Shown one piece after another: positions 38,901 through 52,282 of a DNA stretch of 64,000 bases (position 1 is the stretch's first letter; each line of letters starts with the position of its first letter). The notes beneath the pieces are model-generated. The model searched no databases. It was not told where the DNA came from and saw nothing but the letters and a program-made list of their open reading frames with translations. The stretch is from Eledone cirrhosa. Taxonomy: Eukaryota. The stretch spans positions 19,220,001 to 19,284,000 of the forward strand of contig OZ024765.1 of NCBI GenBank assembly GCA_964016885.1. Direction: 5' to 3'. The translations under genes and the position numbers were made by a program.

Positions 38901-40236
38901 CCATTTACATTACTCTATATATACTATTGTATTTTCACAGTAAAGGCTTTACCTCACATAATATCTCACATAACATTTACATTACTCTATATATACTATT
39001 ATATTTTCACAGTAAAGGCTTTACCACACATAATATCTCACATAACATTTACATTACTCTATATATACTATTGTATTTTCACAGTAAAGGCTTTACCTCA
39101 CATAATATCTCACATAACATTTACATTACTCTATATATACTATTGTATTTTCACAGAAAAGGCTTTACCTCACATAATATCTCACATAACATTTACATTA
39201 CTCTATATATACTATTGTATTTTCACAGTAAAGTCTTTACCTCACATAATATCTCACATAACATTTACATTACTCTATATATACTATTGTATTTTCACAG
39301 AAAAGGCTTTACCTCACATAATATCTCACATAACATTTACATTACTCTATATATACTATTGTATTTTCACAGTAAAGTCTTTACCTCACATAATATCTCA
39401 CATAACATTTACATTACTCTATATATACTATTGTATTTTCACAGAAAAGGCTTTACCTCACATAATATCTCACATAACATTTACATTACTCTATATATAC
39501 TATTGTATTTTCACAGAAAAGGCTTTACCTCACATAATATCTCACATAACATTTACATTACTCTATATATACTATTGTATTTTCACAGAAAAGGCTTTAC
39601 CTCACATAATATCTCACATAACATTTACATTACTCTATATATACTATTGTATTTTCACAGTAAAGTCTTTACCTCACATAATATCTCACATAACATTTAC
39701 ATTACTCTATATATACTATTGTATTTTCACAGTAAAGTCTTTACCTCACATAATATCTCACGTAACATTTACATTACTCTATATATACTATTGTATTTTC
39801 ACAGAACAGTCTTTACCTCACATAATATCTCACATAACATTTACATTACTCTATATATACTATTGTATTTTCACAGTAAAGTCTTTACCTCACATAATAT
39901 CTCACATAACATTTACATTACTCTATATATACTATTGTATTTTCACAGTAAAGTCTTTACCTCACATAATATCTCACATAACATTTACATTACTCTATAT
40001 ATACTATTGTATTTTCACAGTAAAGGCTTTACCTCACATAATATCTCACATAACATTTACATTACTCTATATATACTATTGTATTGTCTCACATAACATA
40101 GCATCTATGAGATTTTGATGTTATTTATTTTGAGAACAATACCTTAACATCAGTATGAGTGGCCAGTTCCAGCTGGTTTGAACTGAAGAAGGGGAGAGAA
40201 TCCTGGCCAGATATGGCTGGTTTAAATGGTAAAGGG
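38901..40236 (+). mobile_element. TTAA-flanked piggyBac-like MITE carrying about 16 x 72-bp tandem repeats (no LINE inside)
   Basis: TTAA at 38897-38900 and 40237-40240; right end taaaggg; left TIR partly deleted; same 72-bp unit and right subterminal region as 49433-56587. Confidence 0.75.
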
Positions 40237-40819
40237 TTAAACAACACACAAACACACAAATAAACACACATACTCTTATATAGCTCCTACTGACACACAC
40301 ACATATTCGCCCCCACCTCACCCCCACACATACACATATCCTCCCACACACACGTGGATCCCCCCACACACATGCAGATCCCCACACACACACACAGATC
40401 CCCCACATACAGATCCCCCCACACACACAGATCCCCCCACACACCGATACCCCCACACTCACACACAGATGCCCCCCTCCCGCACACAGATCCTCCCACA
40501 CACATACAGCTCTCCCCCCCACACACACAGTATATATCAATACTCCCCCGTTGACCAAATTCTTGTGATTCCATAACATCATTGATCTCAGTATTTGATC
40601 AGGACCTCACACAAAACTGTCTCCAAATATTCCAGATCAATAAAACACAAATGTTAATCTTTTGTACTTTGGTAGGGTGAAGCTGCCAGCCAGGTGTAGA
40701 GTCTAATGATGTGGTGGTAAAGGTGTTGGACTTATAATGGAATCCTGTGTCACTGAAACACTCTGGAACTTCTGGAACTCTCACAGCCTTATCCGGCCCT
40801 CGCAATTTGGATTTATCCC

Positions 40820-42608
40820 TAACTCTCTGCAATGGGTGTGAAGAATGATTTTTTTAACTGCTTGAAGTCCTTCATTCTCAGCCGAAAAGAGGTAGTCATG
40901 GTTCTAAGACAGCATTCCTCACCGTATGAGATGTCATCTGGTGTACCACAGGGATCTGTTCTTGGTCCCCTTTTGTTTGTTGCATAGATTAATGATATAG
41001 ATGCCAACTTAAAGTACTGAAATATGCATATGACATCAAGCTGTACCTTGAGATAAAAAGGACAGATCCTGAACACTATAGATCTTGCCTGTAATCTGAC
41101 CTGGACACAATGCAGCAACGGATCACAGACTGGCAACACAAGCTGGCTGTGGACAAGTGTACCACCATGCATTTTGGGAGTAAAAACCCAGCGTCCACAT
41201 ACTCCCTCCACAACACTAATATCAAGAAGTCTTCTTGTGAACGTGACCTGGGCATTACTGTCAGCAGCAATTTGTGTTGGACAAAGCACGTCTCTGAAAT
41301 TTTCAAGAAGGCCGAGTGTGTCTTGGCATCACTCAGCAAGACTTTTGTCAGCCACTCTCCAGCTATCTATTTAAAGTTATATATAGCTATGGTGCGGCCA
41401 CACTTAGAATTTGCATCACCAGTCTGGATCCCCTATCTTACTCAGAACATTGACCACCTGGAAACTGTTCAGAGACATGCAACCAAGTGAATACCCTCCA
41501 TCAGGCATCTACCATACTCTGAGCGCCTTGCTTCCCTGTGCATGGATACATTGAAGCTCCGACGCCTGGCAACTGACTTGGTAGACACCCACAAAATTAT
41601 TAACCATGTTGCCAACAACATCCCTGAGCACCTTTTTGATTTCCATGTGTCTAACACACGTGGGCATTCCTACAAAGTCAGAAAACAGCACAGCTCCCAT
41701 GACTTTCGGAAACATTTTTTCACTCAGAGTTGCTGAAGCATGGAACAAACTCCCTGCATCAGTTGTTAGCTGTCTGTCGAGACACTGCATCCATTAAAAC
41801 CTCCATGGAACAAACTACCTGCATCAGTTGCTAGCTGCCGAGACACTGCATCCTTTAAAACTTCCATGGAACAAACTACCTGCATCAGTTGTTAGCTGTC
41901 GAGACACTACATCCTTTAAAACCTCCATGGTACAAACTACCTGCATCAGTTGTTAGCTGTCGAGACACTGCATCCTTTAAAACCTCCATGGAACAAACTA
42001 CCTGCATCAGTTGTTAGCTATCGAGACACTACATCCTTTAAAACCTCCATGGAACAAACTACCTGCATCAGTTGTTAGCTGTCGAGACACTGCATCCTTT
42101 AAAACCTCCATGGAACAAACTCACTGCATCAGTTGTTAGCTGTCGAGACACTGCATCCTTTAAAACCTCCATGGAACAAACTACCTGCATCAGTTGTTAG
42201 CTATCGAGACACTGCATCCTTTAAAACCTCCATGGAACAAACTACCTGCATCAGTTGTTAGCTGTCGAGACACTGCATCCTTTAAAACCTCCATGGAACA
42301 AACTACCTGCATCAGTTGTTAGCTATCGAGACACTGCATCCTTTAAAACCTCCATGGTACAAACTACCTGCATCAGTTGTTAGCTGTCGAGACACTGCAT
42401 CTTTTAAAACCTCCATGCTTCCTGAGATTCGCCAACACTACACCTGATATCACCCCCCCCCCTACATACACACACACACACATGTATATCATGACTCATA
42501 CACTGTTCACTTTCCTGACATTTGTACATTATTCTATGTACTATACATGCACCTTTGATGAGTTGTAGTGCACCTGAGCACTGTACACAATAATTTCATT
42601 ATTATTAT
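40820..42608 (+). mobile_element. Decayed CR1-like LINE 3' portion with internal 61-bp array
   Basis: SGVPQGSVLGPLLF, ERDLGI, VRPHLEFASPVW and TRGH motifs; 3' UTR with (ATT)n tail. Confidence 0.85.
41739..42418. repeat. About 11 x 61-bp tandem array from the CR1 ORF end
   Basis: catggaacaaactacctgcatcagttgttagctgtcgagacactgcatcctttaaaacctc repeated. Confidence 0.95.
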
Positions 42609-42627
42609 AGATAGATAGATAGATAGA

Positions 42628-43444
42628 CATACAGAGGCAGACCGCCTCTCCTTCATTCTTAAATGAAGGTGGCAGGGTGATCCTCACGATGGACTCGGCT
42701 GACAACGGGATGCATCCCACACATGACAGTAGCTGTTCGACATAATTCCACAGGTCGGTCACTCCTGGGCACTGAACGGTTTCGATGTCCTGCTCGCATC
42801 TTGGACAGGTCCTTTTGGCAGGATCTCTGCCAGGGCGTCCGTGCCTATAGATTTTGTCTCGAACTGGTACAGCTCCTCAGTAGCACTGCCAGGCCAGAGA
42901 CCTCTGGAAGTTATCCATAGGCCCTGGACGGAAAGTCCTCCCGAACAGACTGGTCATTTCATGCTCCTCGATGCCTAGAGTTTCCCCAAGAACATCGTTG
43001 CACTTATCCTCCACTAATCCCCTATAGAATGTCGAAGTAGAGTCTCCGCTGATTGCCATTTCCGCTTGGTAGAGAGCTGTGAGCGCCTGTAGGCACTCGA
43101 TCTGATAGATAGATAGATAGATAGACGGACGGATCTGATAGATAATTTTCTTTTTATTTGCCACCAGGGCATCAAAGAGTGGGACAAGTACAATGGGGGG
43201 AAATTTACATAAAAAGGTGTCCTCAATAAGGAGGAGGCAATAACAAAATATAAAAATATAAAAATATAAAATATAACAAAAATAAATTGAATAACAAAAT
43301 CCTCAATAGGGAGGAGGCGCCTTGGGGGGTCGCACACATCCCCGAAAAAGTCTGCAACCCTTCTCCTCAGGAGCACAGAGAGAGGGTGCTCCCTTGATCT
43401 TTCATCTTTCTCACCTACAGGCTGATATAGAGAGAAGGCCCATT
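42628..43444 (-). mobile_element. Two fragments of the L1/Tx1 LINE family separated by (GATA)n
   Basis: 43146-43444 is the 3' end and UTR; 42628-43101 is ISGDSTSTFYRGL...FQRSLAWQCY...EGEAV. Confidence 0.85.
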
Positions 43445-43591
43445 TATTATGCAGTGTTAATGTGATAGACCAGGTGTGGTGGGTTCCTGAATCATCTCTC
43501 ACTGCTGTCATGATGGAGTTGGCAACCTGCATGGGTGAGCCCTACGCTGTCAACTGGCTTCAAATCTATCACAGTGGAGACTTTTTCCATG

Positions 43592-44339
43592 GGCGTTAAA
43601 CCCTCTATTAGGGTTCCCCGGGGACACAAAACCCTGCTGAAAACTTTTTCCCTTCGATTTATATGAAATTTAATCATAGGTAAATGACAAGATATGATGC
43701 CTATTCTAAAAATTTCAGCAAATTTCAATAATATTAAGACACTTAATTGGGGTTAAACCCCCTATTAAGGTTCCCTGGAGGCACAAAACCCCGCTGAAAA
43801 TGTTTCTCCTTCGATTTATATGAAATTTAAACCATAGGTAAATGACAAGATATGATGCCTATTCTAAAAATTTCAGCAAATTTCAATAATATTAAGACAC
43901 TTAATTGGGGTTAAACCCCCTATTAAGGTTCCCTGGAGGCACAAAACCCCGCTGAAAATGTTTCTCCTTCGATTTATATGAAATTTAAACCATAGGTAAA
44001 TGACAAGATATGATGCCTATTCTAAAAATTTCAGCAAATTTCAATAATATTAAGACACTTAATTGGGGTTAAACCCCCTATTAAGGTTCCCTGGAGGCAC
44101 AAAACCCCGCTGAAAATGTTTCTCCTTCGATTTATATGAAATTTAAACCATAGGTAAGTGACAAGATATGATGCCTATTCTAAAAATTTCAGCAAATTTC
44201 AATAATATTAAGACACCCTAATTGGGGTTAAACCCCCTATTAAGGTTCCCTGGAGGCACAAAACCCCGCTGAAAATGTTTCCCCTTCGATTTATATGAAA
44301 TTTAAACCATAGGTAAATGACAAGATATGATGCCTATTC
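43592..44339. repeat. About 4.7 x 158-bp tandem repeat
   Basis: ttaaacccc at 43753, 43911, 44069 and 44228. Confidence 0.92.
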
Positions 44340-45189
44340 ACAAAAGTTTTGAATTGATATTTTGAAAAAAATTATTTACAAGAAACAAAATAAAAATAAG
44401 ATTTAATAATTGTTTCTACGTTAGGCACAAGGCCAGCAATTACCCAGTACATTACTGGTACTTTATTTTATCGACCCCGTAAGGATGAAAGGCAAAGTTA
44501 ACCTCGGCGGGATTTGAACTCAGATTGGAAAGGGCCGTAACTCTATGCATCAAAGCATGGCGTCCGACCCTCTACCGATACTGCCAATCCACCACCCTGA
44601 TATAAAAATAATGTTTTCCAATTTTTCATGCATTACATTTTACATTGAGTAATATTGAAATGCAGAGTTTTTCTCCATAAATTATATCACTGATTTAAAA
44701 TCAATCATCATTTTCTTGCAAAATAAATCTGTGAAACGCAGCAAGGTAAGGGTAATTTGGCTAGTAGATTATAAACAAGCAGTGATTTACACTTTTACCA
44801 AATATTTCATGGGATTTCGAGAGATTTGGGGCAGAGTGGGGGGGGGGGGTTAACACCATAAACCCTGGGGTGTCGGGGGAGGGGGGGGACCATAAGCCCT
44901 GCCTTACACCATAATTCAATGACCACATAGATATACTTTGTTCAGATCATTTTATTCAAGGGGTAACACCACACACTGAGTATAAATACACACATTCTCA
45001 CACATACATATACACCCTGAGTACACACTCACTCACACACACACACACATACACATACACCCTGAGTACAGACACACACATGCACACACAGACACACACA
45101 CTGAGTACATACACACATTGAATAGAAGCTCTGACCTAATTTGTTTTTGAGTGGAGGGAGGGTTAATTTGGGGACTAATATAATAACTA

Positions 45190-45715
45190 CCACTACTACC
45201 ACCACCACCACCACCACTACCACCACCACCACCAACAACACTAGTGTTGGTGGTGGTGGTGGTGGTAGTGGTGGTGGTGGTGTTGGTGGTGGTGGTGGTG
45301 ATGGTGGTAGTGGTGGTGGTGGTGTTGGTGGTGGTGGTGGTGATGGTGGTAGTGGTGGTGGTGGTGTTGGTGGTGGTGGTGGTGGTGGTAGTAGTGGTGG
45401 TGGTGTTGGTGGTGGTGGTGGTGGTGGTGGTAGTGTTGGTGGTGGTGGTAGTGTTGGTGGTGGTGGTGGTGGTGGTGTTAGAGGTGGTGTTGGTAGTGTT
45501 GGTGTTGGTGGTGGTGTTGGTGGTGTTGGTGGTGGTGATGGTGGTGGTGGTGGTGCTGGTGGTGGTGGTGTTTGTGTTTGTGTTGGCGGTGGTGGTGTTG
45601 GCGGTGGTGGTGGTGATGGTGGTGGTGGTGGTGGTGGTGGTGGTGGTGGTGGTGGTGGTGGTGGTGGTGGTGGTGGTGGTGGTGATGGTGGTGATGGTGG
45701 TGATGGTGGTGGTGC

Positions 45716-45746
<31 letters not shown>

Positions 45747-47303
45747 GACGGTGGTGTTTGTGTTGGGGGGGGGGGGGGGTTACTAGTGGTGGTGGTGGTA
45801 GTAGTGGTGTTGGTGGTGGTGGTGTTGGTGGTGTTAGAGGTGGTGTTAGTGGTAGTGCTGTGGTGATGGTGCTAGTGTTGGTGGTGGTGGTGATGGTGTT
45901 GTTGGTGGTGGCGGTGTTAGTGTTGGTGGTGTTGGTGGCGTTAGTGGTGTTGGTGGCGTTAGTGGTGGTGGTGATGTTAGTGGTGTTAGAGGTGGTGGTG
46001 TTAGTGGTGTTAGAGGTGTTAGTGGTGTTAGTGGTGGTGGTGGTAGTGATGTTAGTGGTGGTGGTGTTAGTGGTGGTGGTGATGTTAGTGGTGTTAGTGG
46101 TGGTGGTGGTGGTGGTGGTGGTGGTGTTGGTGGTGGTGGTGTTAGTGGTGGTGTTAGTGGTGTTAGTGGTGGTGGTGGTGGTGGTGGTGGTGGTGGTGGT
46201 GTTAGTGGTTGTGTTAGTGGTGGTGGTGGTGTTAGTGGTGGTGGTGGTGTTAGTGGTGGTGGTGGTGTTTGTGGTGGTGGTGGTGTTGGTGGTGTTTGTG
46301 GTGGTGGTGGTGTTAGTGGTGTTAGTGGTGGTGGTGGTGGTGGTGGTGTTAGTGGTGGTGGTGTTAGTGGTGTTAGTGGTGGTGGTGTTAGTGGTGTTAG
46401 TGGTGGTGGTGGTGGTGTTAGAGGTGGTGGTGTTAGTGGTGTTAGTGGTGGTGGTGGTGGTGGTGGTGGTGTTAGTGGTGTTAGTGGTGGTGGTGGTGGT
46501 GGTGGTGGTGGTGGTGGTGTTAGAGGTGGTGGTGTTAGTGGTGTTAGTGGTGGTGGTGGTGGTGTTAGTGGTGGTGGTGTTAGTGGTGTTAGTGGTGGTG
46601 GTGTTAGTGGTGGTGGTGGTGGTGGTGGTGGTGGTGGTGGTGGTGGTGTTAGAGGTGGTGGTGTTAGTGGTGTTAGTGGTGGTGGTGGTGGTGTTAGTGG
46701 TGGTGGTGTTAGTCGTGTTAGTGGTGGTGGTGTTAGTGGTGGTGGTGGTGGTGGTGGTGGTGGTGGTGGTGGTGGTGTTAGAGGTGGTGGTGTTAGTGGT
46801 GTTAGTGGTGGTGGTGTTAGTGGTGGTGGTGGTGGTGGTGGTGGTGGTGGTGGTGTTAGTGGTGTTGGTGGTGTTTGTGGTGGTGGTGGTGTTAGTGGTG
46901 GTGGTGGTGGTGGTGTTAGTGGTGTTGGTGGTGTTAGTGGTGGTGGTGTTAGTGGTGTTGGTGGTGGTGGTGTTAGAGGTGGTGGTGTTAGTGGTGTTAG
47001 TGGTGGTGGTGTTAGTGGTGGTGGTGTTAGAGGTGGTGGTGTTAGTGGTGTTAGTGGTGTTGGTGGTGGTGGTGGTGGTGGTGGTGGTGGTGGTGTTAGT
47101 GGTGGTGTTAGTGGTGTTAGTGGTGGTGGTGGTGTTGGTGGTGGTGGTGGTGGTGGTGGTGGTGTTAGTGGTGGTGGTGGTGTTAGTGGTGTTAGTGGTG
47201 GTGGTGGTGGTGGTGGTGTTAGTGGTGGTGTTAGTGGTGTTAGTGGTGTTAGTGGTGGTGATGTTGGTGGTGGTGGTGGTGGTGGTGGTGTTAGTGGTGG
47301 TGT
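45190..47303 (+). repeat. (GGT)n/(GGTGTTAGT)n microsatellite preceded by a short (ACC)n
   Basis: Direct inspection. Confidence 0.95.
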
Positions 47304-47723
47304 TACAAGCAATGTGCCTCTGTCGGTGTATACCAAGGTTGTCTGGCAGTGCTGACGTCATCAGATGGCAAACGATGACAATATCAAACACTGGAACCAC
47401 CCCCACCACCCACAGACAGTGCTGGTAGTGGGGGGAGAGGGACAGACAGACAGACAGACATACATATATAGGGAGAGAGACAGACAGACATATATATATA
47501 GGGAGAGAGACGTAAATATATATATATATATATAGGAAAAAGTATGACCCCGACGGCAGAGCTCAAGCCGTTTCGATGGCTATTTCTGGACATTTTCCTA
47601 TCACCCACTCTACTACCCTAAGTATTGAGTACTCTGGTGTGTTATGGTCCACCTGGTTCCTTACCACATTTCCTTCGTTATATATATATAGAGAGAGAGA
47701 GAATATATATATAGAGAGAGAGA

Positions 47724-47832
<109 letters not shown>

Positions 47833-47860
47833 ATATATATATATATATCTATCTATCTAT

Positions 47861-48019
47861 CTAAGGCGGGTAAAATTCCCGAGATCCATGGACGAGTTCT
47901 CTCCAGCGGTCTCTGTCCCTCATTATCGCTGCCATATCCTGCATCTCCAACAGACCAGTGTCTGTCCTTAGGGCATCAACATACGTTAACCTTGGTCTTC
48001 CTCTTCTAGTGTGTCCATA
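47861..48019 (-). mobile_element. RTE-like LINE C-terminal fragment with (GATA)n tail
   Basis: GHTRRGRPRLTYVDALRTDTGLLEMQDMAAIMRDRDRWRELV...stop. Confidence 0.75.
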
Positions 48020-49209
48020 CCTCTCTCTATTCTCTATATTCTCTCTCTATATATATATATAGAGAGAGAGAGAGAGAATATAGAGAATAGAGAGAGGTAT
48101 GTGAATGAGTGAGAGGAGGTATGAGAGAAGGGGAGGGTATGAGAGAGGGGGCGGTATGTGAGAGAGAGAGAGAGAGAGGTATGTGAGAGAGAGAGAGAGG
48201 TATGTGAGAGAGAGAGAGGTATGTGAGAGAGAGAGAGGTATGTGAGAGAGAGAGAGGTATGTGTGAGAGAGAGAGGTATGTGTGAGAGAGAGAGAGGTAT
48301 GTGAGAGAGAGAGAGGTATGTAAGAGAGAGAGAGGTATGAGAGAGAGAGAGAGAGGTATGTGAGAGAGAGAGAGGTATGTGAGAGAGAGAGAGGTATGAG
48401 AGAGAGAGAGAGGTATGTAAGAGAGAGAGAGGTATGTAAGAGAGAGAGGTATGTAAGAGAGAGAGAGGTATGTGAGAGAGAGGTATGTGAGAGAGAGAGG
48501 TATGTGAGAGAGAGAGGTATGAGAGAGAGGAGAGAGAGAGGGGGGTGTGGTGGTATGAGAGAGAGAGAGAAGTGAGAGGGTGTGGAGGTATGAGAGGGGG
48601 GGGTGAGACAGAGAGAAGTGAGAGGGTGTGGTGGTATGAGAGAGAGAGAGAGAGAGGGTGAGGTGGTATGAGAGAGAGAGAGAGAGAGAGGGTGAGGTGG
48701 TATGAGAGAGAGAGAGTGAGAGAGGGTGTGGTGGTATGAGAGAGAGTAAGAGATAAAAGGATTATGTGGTGACCATCACTAAATACCATCAGACACGCCA
48801 TTTTCATCTGCACTAGATACTTTCTATCTATCTATCTTGTTTCTACTTTTGGCACAAGGCCAGCAATTATCCCAGTGTATTACTGGTACTTTATTTTATC
48901 GACCCCGTAAGGATGAAAGGCAAAGTTAACCTCAATTTGTTTGTAATTATGCAAACATCCTCTTTGAAGCCATGTCAGTAGGATGACCTCTTCATTCTTG
49001 CTCTTGTGTTGGCATGTAAACAGAACTGCAGACATTAATATTTCTGGGTTATTACCCTTCATCAGTTCCGTATACTGTTTACCTGCCAACTGTCAGAGCT
49101 AATATATATTTTCTGCAATATACAGTGGCTGTATAATATATAATTCTCCATATTTCTCTTGTAGGATCCAATCTCATCAAGGCAGTAATTGGCGGAGTGT
49201 CGGACAACA

Positions 49210-49315
49210 TTCTTTATTTTGAAAACAATACCTTAACATCAGTATGGGTAGTCAGTTACAACCGGTTTGAACAGAAAGAGGTGAGAGAATTCTGGCCGGT
49301 TTAAATGCTAAAGGG
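49210..49315 (+). mobile_element. Solo right end of the piggyBac-like MITE
   Basis: tattttgaaaacaataccttaacatcag...tgctaaaggg followed by TTAA. Confidence 0.7.
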
Positions 49316-50518
49316 TTAAATATTATATTGGTCTGAAGAAAAGGTAGAGATTTTTAAGGAGAAAAAGTTGGATAGGCAGACATAAACAGGGCAAAGATAA
49401 TGAAATATATAGGGGGAAAAATTAGTGTTTAACCCTTTAGCATTCACATTACTCTATATATACTATTATATTTTCATGGTAAAGGCTTTTCCTCACATAG
49501 TATCTCACATAACATTTACATTACTCTATATATACTATTATATTTTCATGGTAAAGGCTTTACCTCACATAGTATCTCACATAACATTTACATTACTCTA
49601 TATATACTATTATATTTTCATGGTAAAGGCTTTACCTCACATAATATCTCACATAAGATTTACATTACTCTATATATACTATTGTATTTTCACAGTAAAG
49701 TCTTTACCTCACATAATATCTCACATAAGATTTACATTATTCTATATATACTATTGTATTTTCATGGTAAAGGCTTTACCTCACATAATATCTCACATAA
49801 GATTTACATTACTCTATATATACTATTGTATTTTCACAGTAAAGTTTTTACCTCACATAATATCTCACATAACATTTACTTTATTCTATATATACTATTG
49901 TATTTTCATGGTAAAGGCTTTACCTCACATAATATCTCACATAACATTTACATTACTCTATATATACTATTATATTTTCATGGTAAAGGCTTTACCTCAC
50001 ATAATATCTCACATAACATTTACATTACTCTATATATACTATTGTATTTTCACAGTAAAGGCTTTACCTCACATAATATCTCACATAACATTTACATTAT
50101 TCTATATATACTATTGTATTTTCACAGTAAAGGCTTTACCTCACATAATATCTCACATAACATTTACATTACTCTATATATACTATTGTATTTTCACAGT
50201 AAAGCCTTTACCTCACATAATATCTCACATAACATTTACATTACTCTATATATACTATTGTATTTTTATGGTAAAGGCTTTACCTCACATAATATCTCAC
50301 ATAACATCTCGTATACGAGAGACGTGTGTTGACGTGTGTGAACAAGCTCGGCTACCGAGTCGGATTTACTTACTCAAAAAGTGAGTTTTGATTAATTTTT
50401 TTATACTGTAATATACGTTAACCCCTTGCCTTGGTCGTCAAACTTTGAGTTTATTTATTTTCGCCCCTTTTTGGGGCGAATTTTCCAGTTAAAAATTTAT
50501 TACGGCAAACTAATAGAA

Positions 50519-52261
50519 ATGGACGGAATTTTCACATCTCATCCTAACGTGAAAGCCACGCCCCCTAAGAAAGGTGATACAGAGAAGCTAGAAGCACAAG
50601 GCTCTAAGTCTTCCCTCCTCACTTCTGCAAAAGAAACATGGAACACGGAATTAAAAGAAAAATTTGAAAAAATGGGTGAAAACCCAGAAAGTCACATAAA
50701 CGCAGACAAAAACAACAACGACAATAACAGCAATAGTCACAACACCAACCAAGGAAAAAATAACGATAACACCAAACAAAGCGAACCCACTACTGGTACC
50801 TCCTTTGCACAGGCGGTCCGGAAAACACAAACCTGCAAGCAACTGGACATTACAACTCTGAGAGAAAAGATGAAGGAAGCGAAACAGTATGTAACTTTCA
50901 AAGAAGGAGGAGACTTCACAATCACCTCCCCACAAGAAATCAAAAGAGACACGACGCTAAGAACGATATCTTTCAGAACAATTTCCAACATAACAAGGAA
51001 ACCAACTCAATTATCCCAAAAAGAGATTGAGCTGGTCCTAAAAAATGTGTGGAGTGATATATCGTTCATACAAAAAGGGCCACTCTATGGGAATATAACG
51101 GTCCTAATGAAGGATCAATTGACGGCCAGGAAATACTCTGTGGCACCAATTGTTTCCAAGCTACATACATTTTTCCCCACATATTTAGGGAAAAGAACGC
51201 AGAAGATAAGGGTCTCCGGAATCCGGCCAAATGCATGCATTTCCTGGGTACTAACAGGATTTTTAGAAGACGAGGACGGAATCCTCTCAGTAGGAGAAGT
51301 CACCACAGACGTTTTCGGCGGTTTGAGCGTGGAGGTTCTGGTCCAAATGAGACCAGAACGAATCGCTAGAATACCACAGAGGGTTTCCCTCGATGGAGAA
51401 ACATTTATATATATTTCAGCCGAGGGTAGGAGGCCCATATGTTACTACTGTTCAAGCAGGGGTCATCTAAGGGCTGCTTGTCCTCAATTGACAAAAAAAA
51501 AGGCTCTTTTGCCTACACCCCACACACCACCACCGCCACCACCACCACCACCACCACCTCCACCACCACCACCACAACAACAACAAAAACAACAGGGAAA
51601 AATAACACAAGACACGGCCCCACCCAAAACAACTCCCAAAACACACACAAATACAACAAAACCCCAAAATACACCACTACCCGACAGCACGGACGAGGAC
51701 CCAGCGGAAACGGCACCTAGTGACGAAGAGGGGGAACCCTTCCAACCTGTAAAAAGGAAAAAAAGAAAGCACCACTCGAACATAAACGAAACAAACACAC
51801 AACCACCAACAAAAACAAAACAAACAGAACAAACAAAATCCGCCCCACCCCAAAACATAACACATACAACAAAACGTAAGCACACACAAGAACAACAAAC
51901 AAACACAACACAAATAAAACAGTATACATACATTAACACAAATAACAAAGAACTAGTAAAAACAATACACAAAGACCCTTTGGTGGAAACTGAAGGGCAA
52001 TTCTTTGCAAGCGCGGCCAACAAACCGCATTTAAAAATGATAAGACTCCCAATGGACACCTATGCAAAACTAAGAGAGAACTTTCCTGAGGACGTGGGGA
52101 AAACATGTACTCGACCCTATAACCGCGTCCTCTTGAAACGTTTCCCCACCCACACCTCACCAAACACCCCCACTCCACCACAGAACAACACCCCACCAAA
52201 CAACCCCTCCAATACGCCCATGGATATTGTGCAACCTGCTCCTCAGGAGCCGAACAGGTAG
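50519..52261 (+). CDS. LINE ORF1p (gag-like CCHC zinc knuckle, Pro/Thr-rich tail)
   Basis: First ATG at 50519; SFAQAV motif; CYYCSSRGHLRAAC knuckle; polyproline; basic KRKKRK. Confidence 0.85.
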   Translation: MDGIFTSHPNVKATPPKKGDTEKLEAQGSKSSLLTSAKETWNTELKEKFEKMGENPESHINADKNNNDNNSNSHNTNQGKNNDNTKQSEPTTGTSFAQAVRKTQTCKQLDITTLREKMKEAKQYVTFKEGGDFTITSPQEIKRDTTLRTISFRTISNITRKPTQLSQKEIELVLKNVWSDISFIQKGPLYGNITVLMKDQLTARKYSVAPIVSKLHTFFPTYLGKRTQKIRVSGIRPNACISWVLTGFLEDEDGILSVGEVTTDVFGGLSVEVLVQMRPERIARIPQRVSLDGETFIYISAEGRRPICYYCSSRGHLRAACPQLTKKKALLPTPHTPPPPPPPPPPPPPPPPQQQQKQQGKITQDTAPPKTTPKTHTNTTKPQNTPLPDSTDEDPAETAPSDEEGEPFQPVKRKKRKHHSNINETNTQPPTKTKQTEQTKSAPPQNITHTTKRKHTQEQQTNTTQIKQYTYINTNNKELVKTIHKDPLVETEGQFFASAANKPHLKMIRLPMDTYAKLRENFPEDVGKTCTRPYNRVLLKRFPTHTSPNTPTPPQNNTPPNNPSNTPMDIVQPAPQEPNR

Positions 52262-52282
52262 GTCCTTCCTCTTTTAACCAAC

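Noticed and set aside
38888-40096. 402-aa ORF of 24-aa repeats (also 49425-50384, 55940-56473)
   Set aside because: The 72-bp satellite unit is simply stop-free in some frames.
45780-47300. Telomere-like ttag-containing repeats
   Set aside because: Units are ggtgttagt variants of (GGT)n, not TTAGGG arrays.
47334-47421. Hydrophobic minus-strand island HCLWVVGVVPVFDIVIVCHLMTSALPDNL as HGSNAT exon 1
   Set aside because: No upstream ATG, weak donor (gtatac), no homology.
50426-50518. ORF1 start at 50426 from the ORF track
   Set aside because: Non-ATG (TTG) start; the first ATG is at 50519.
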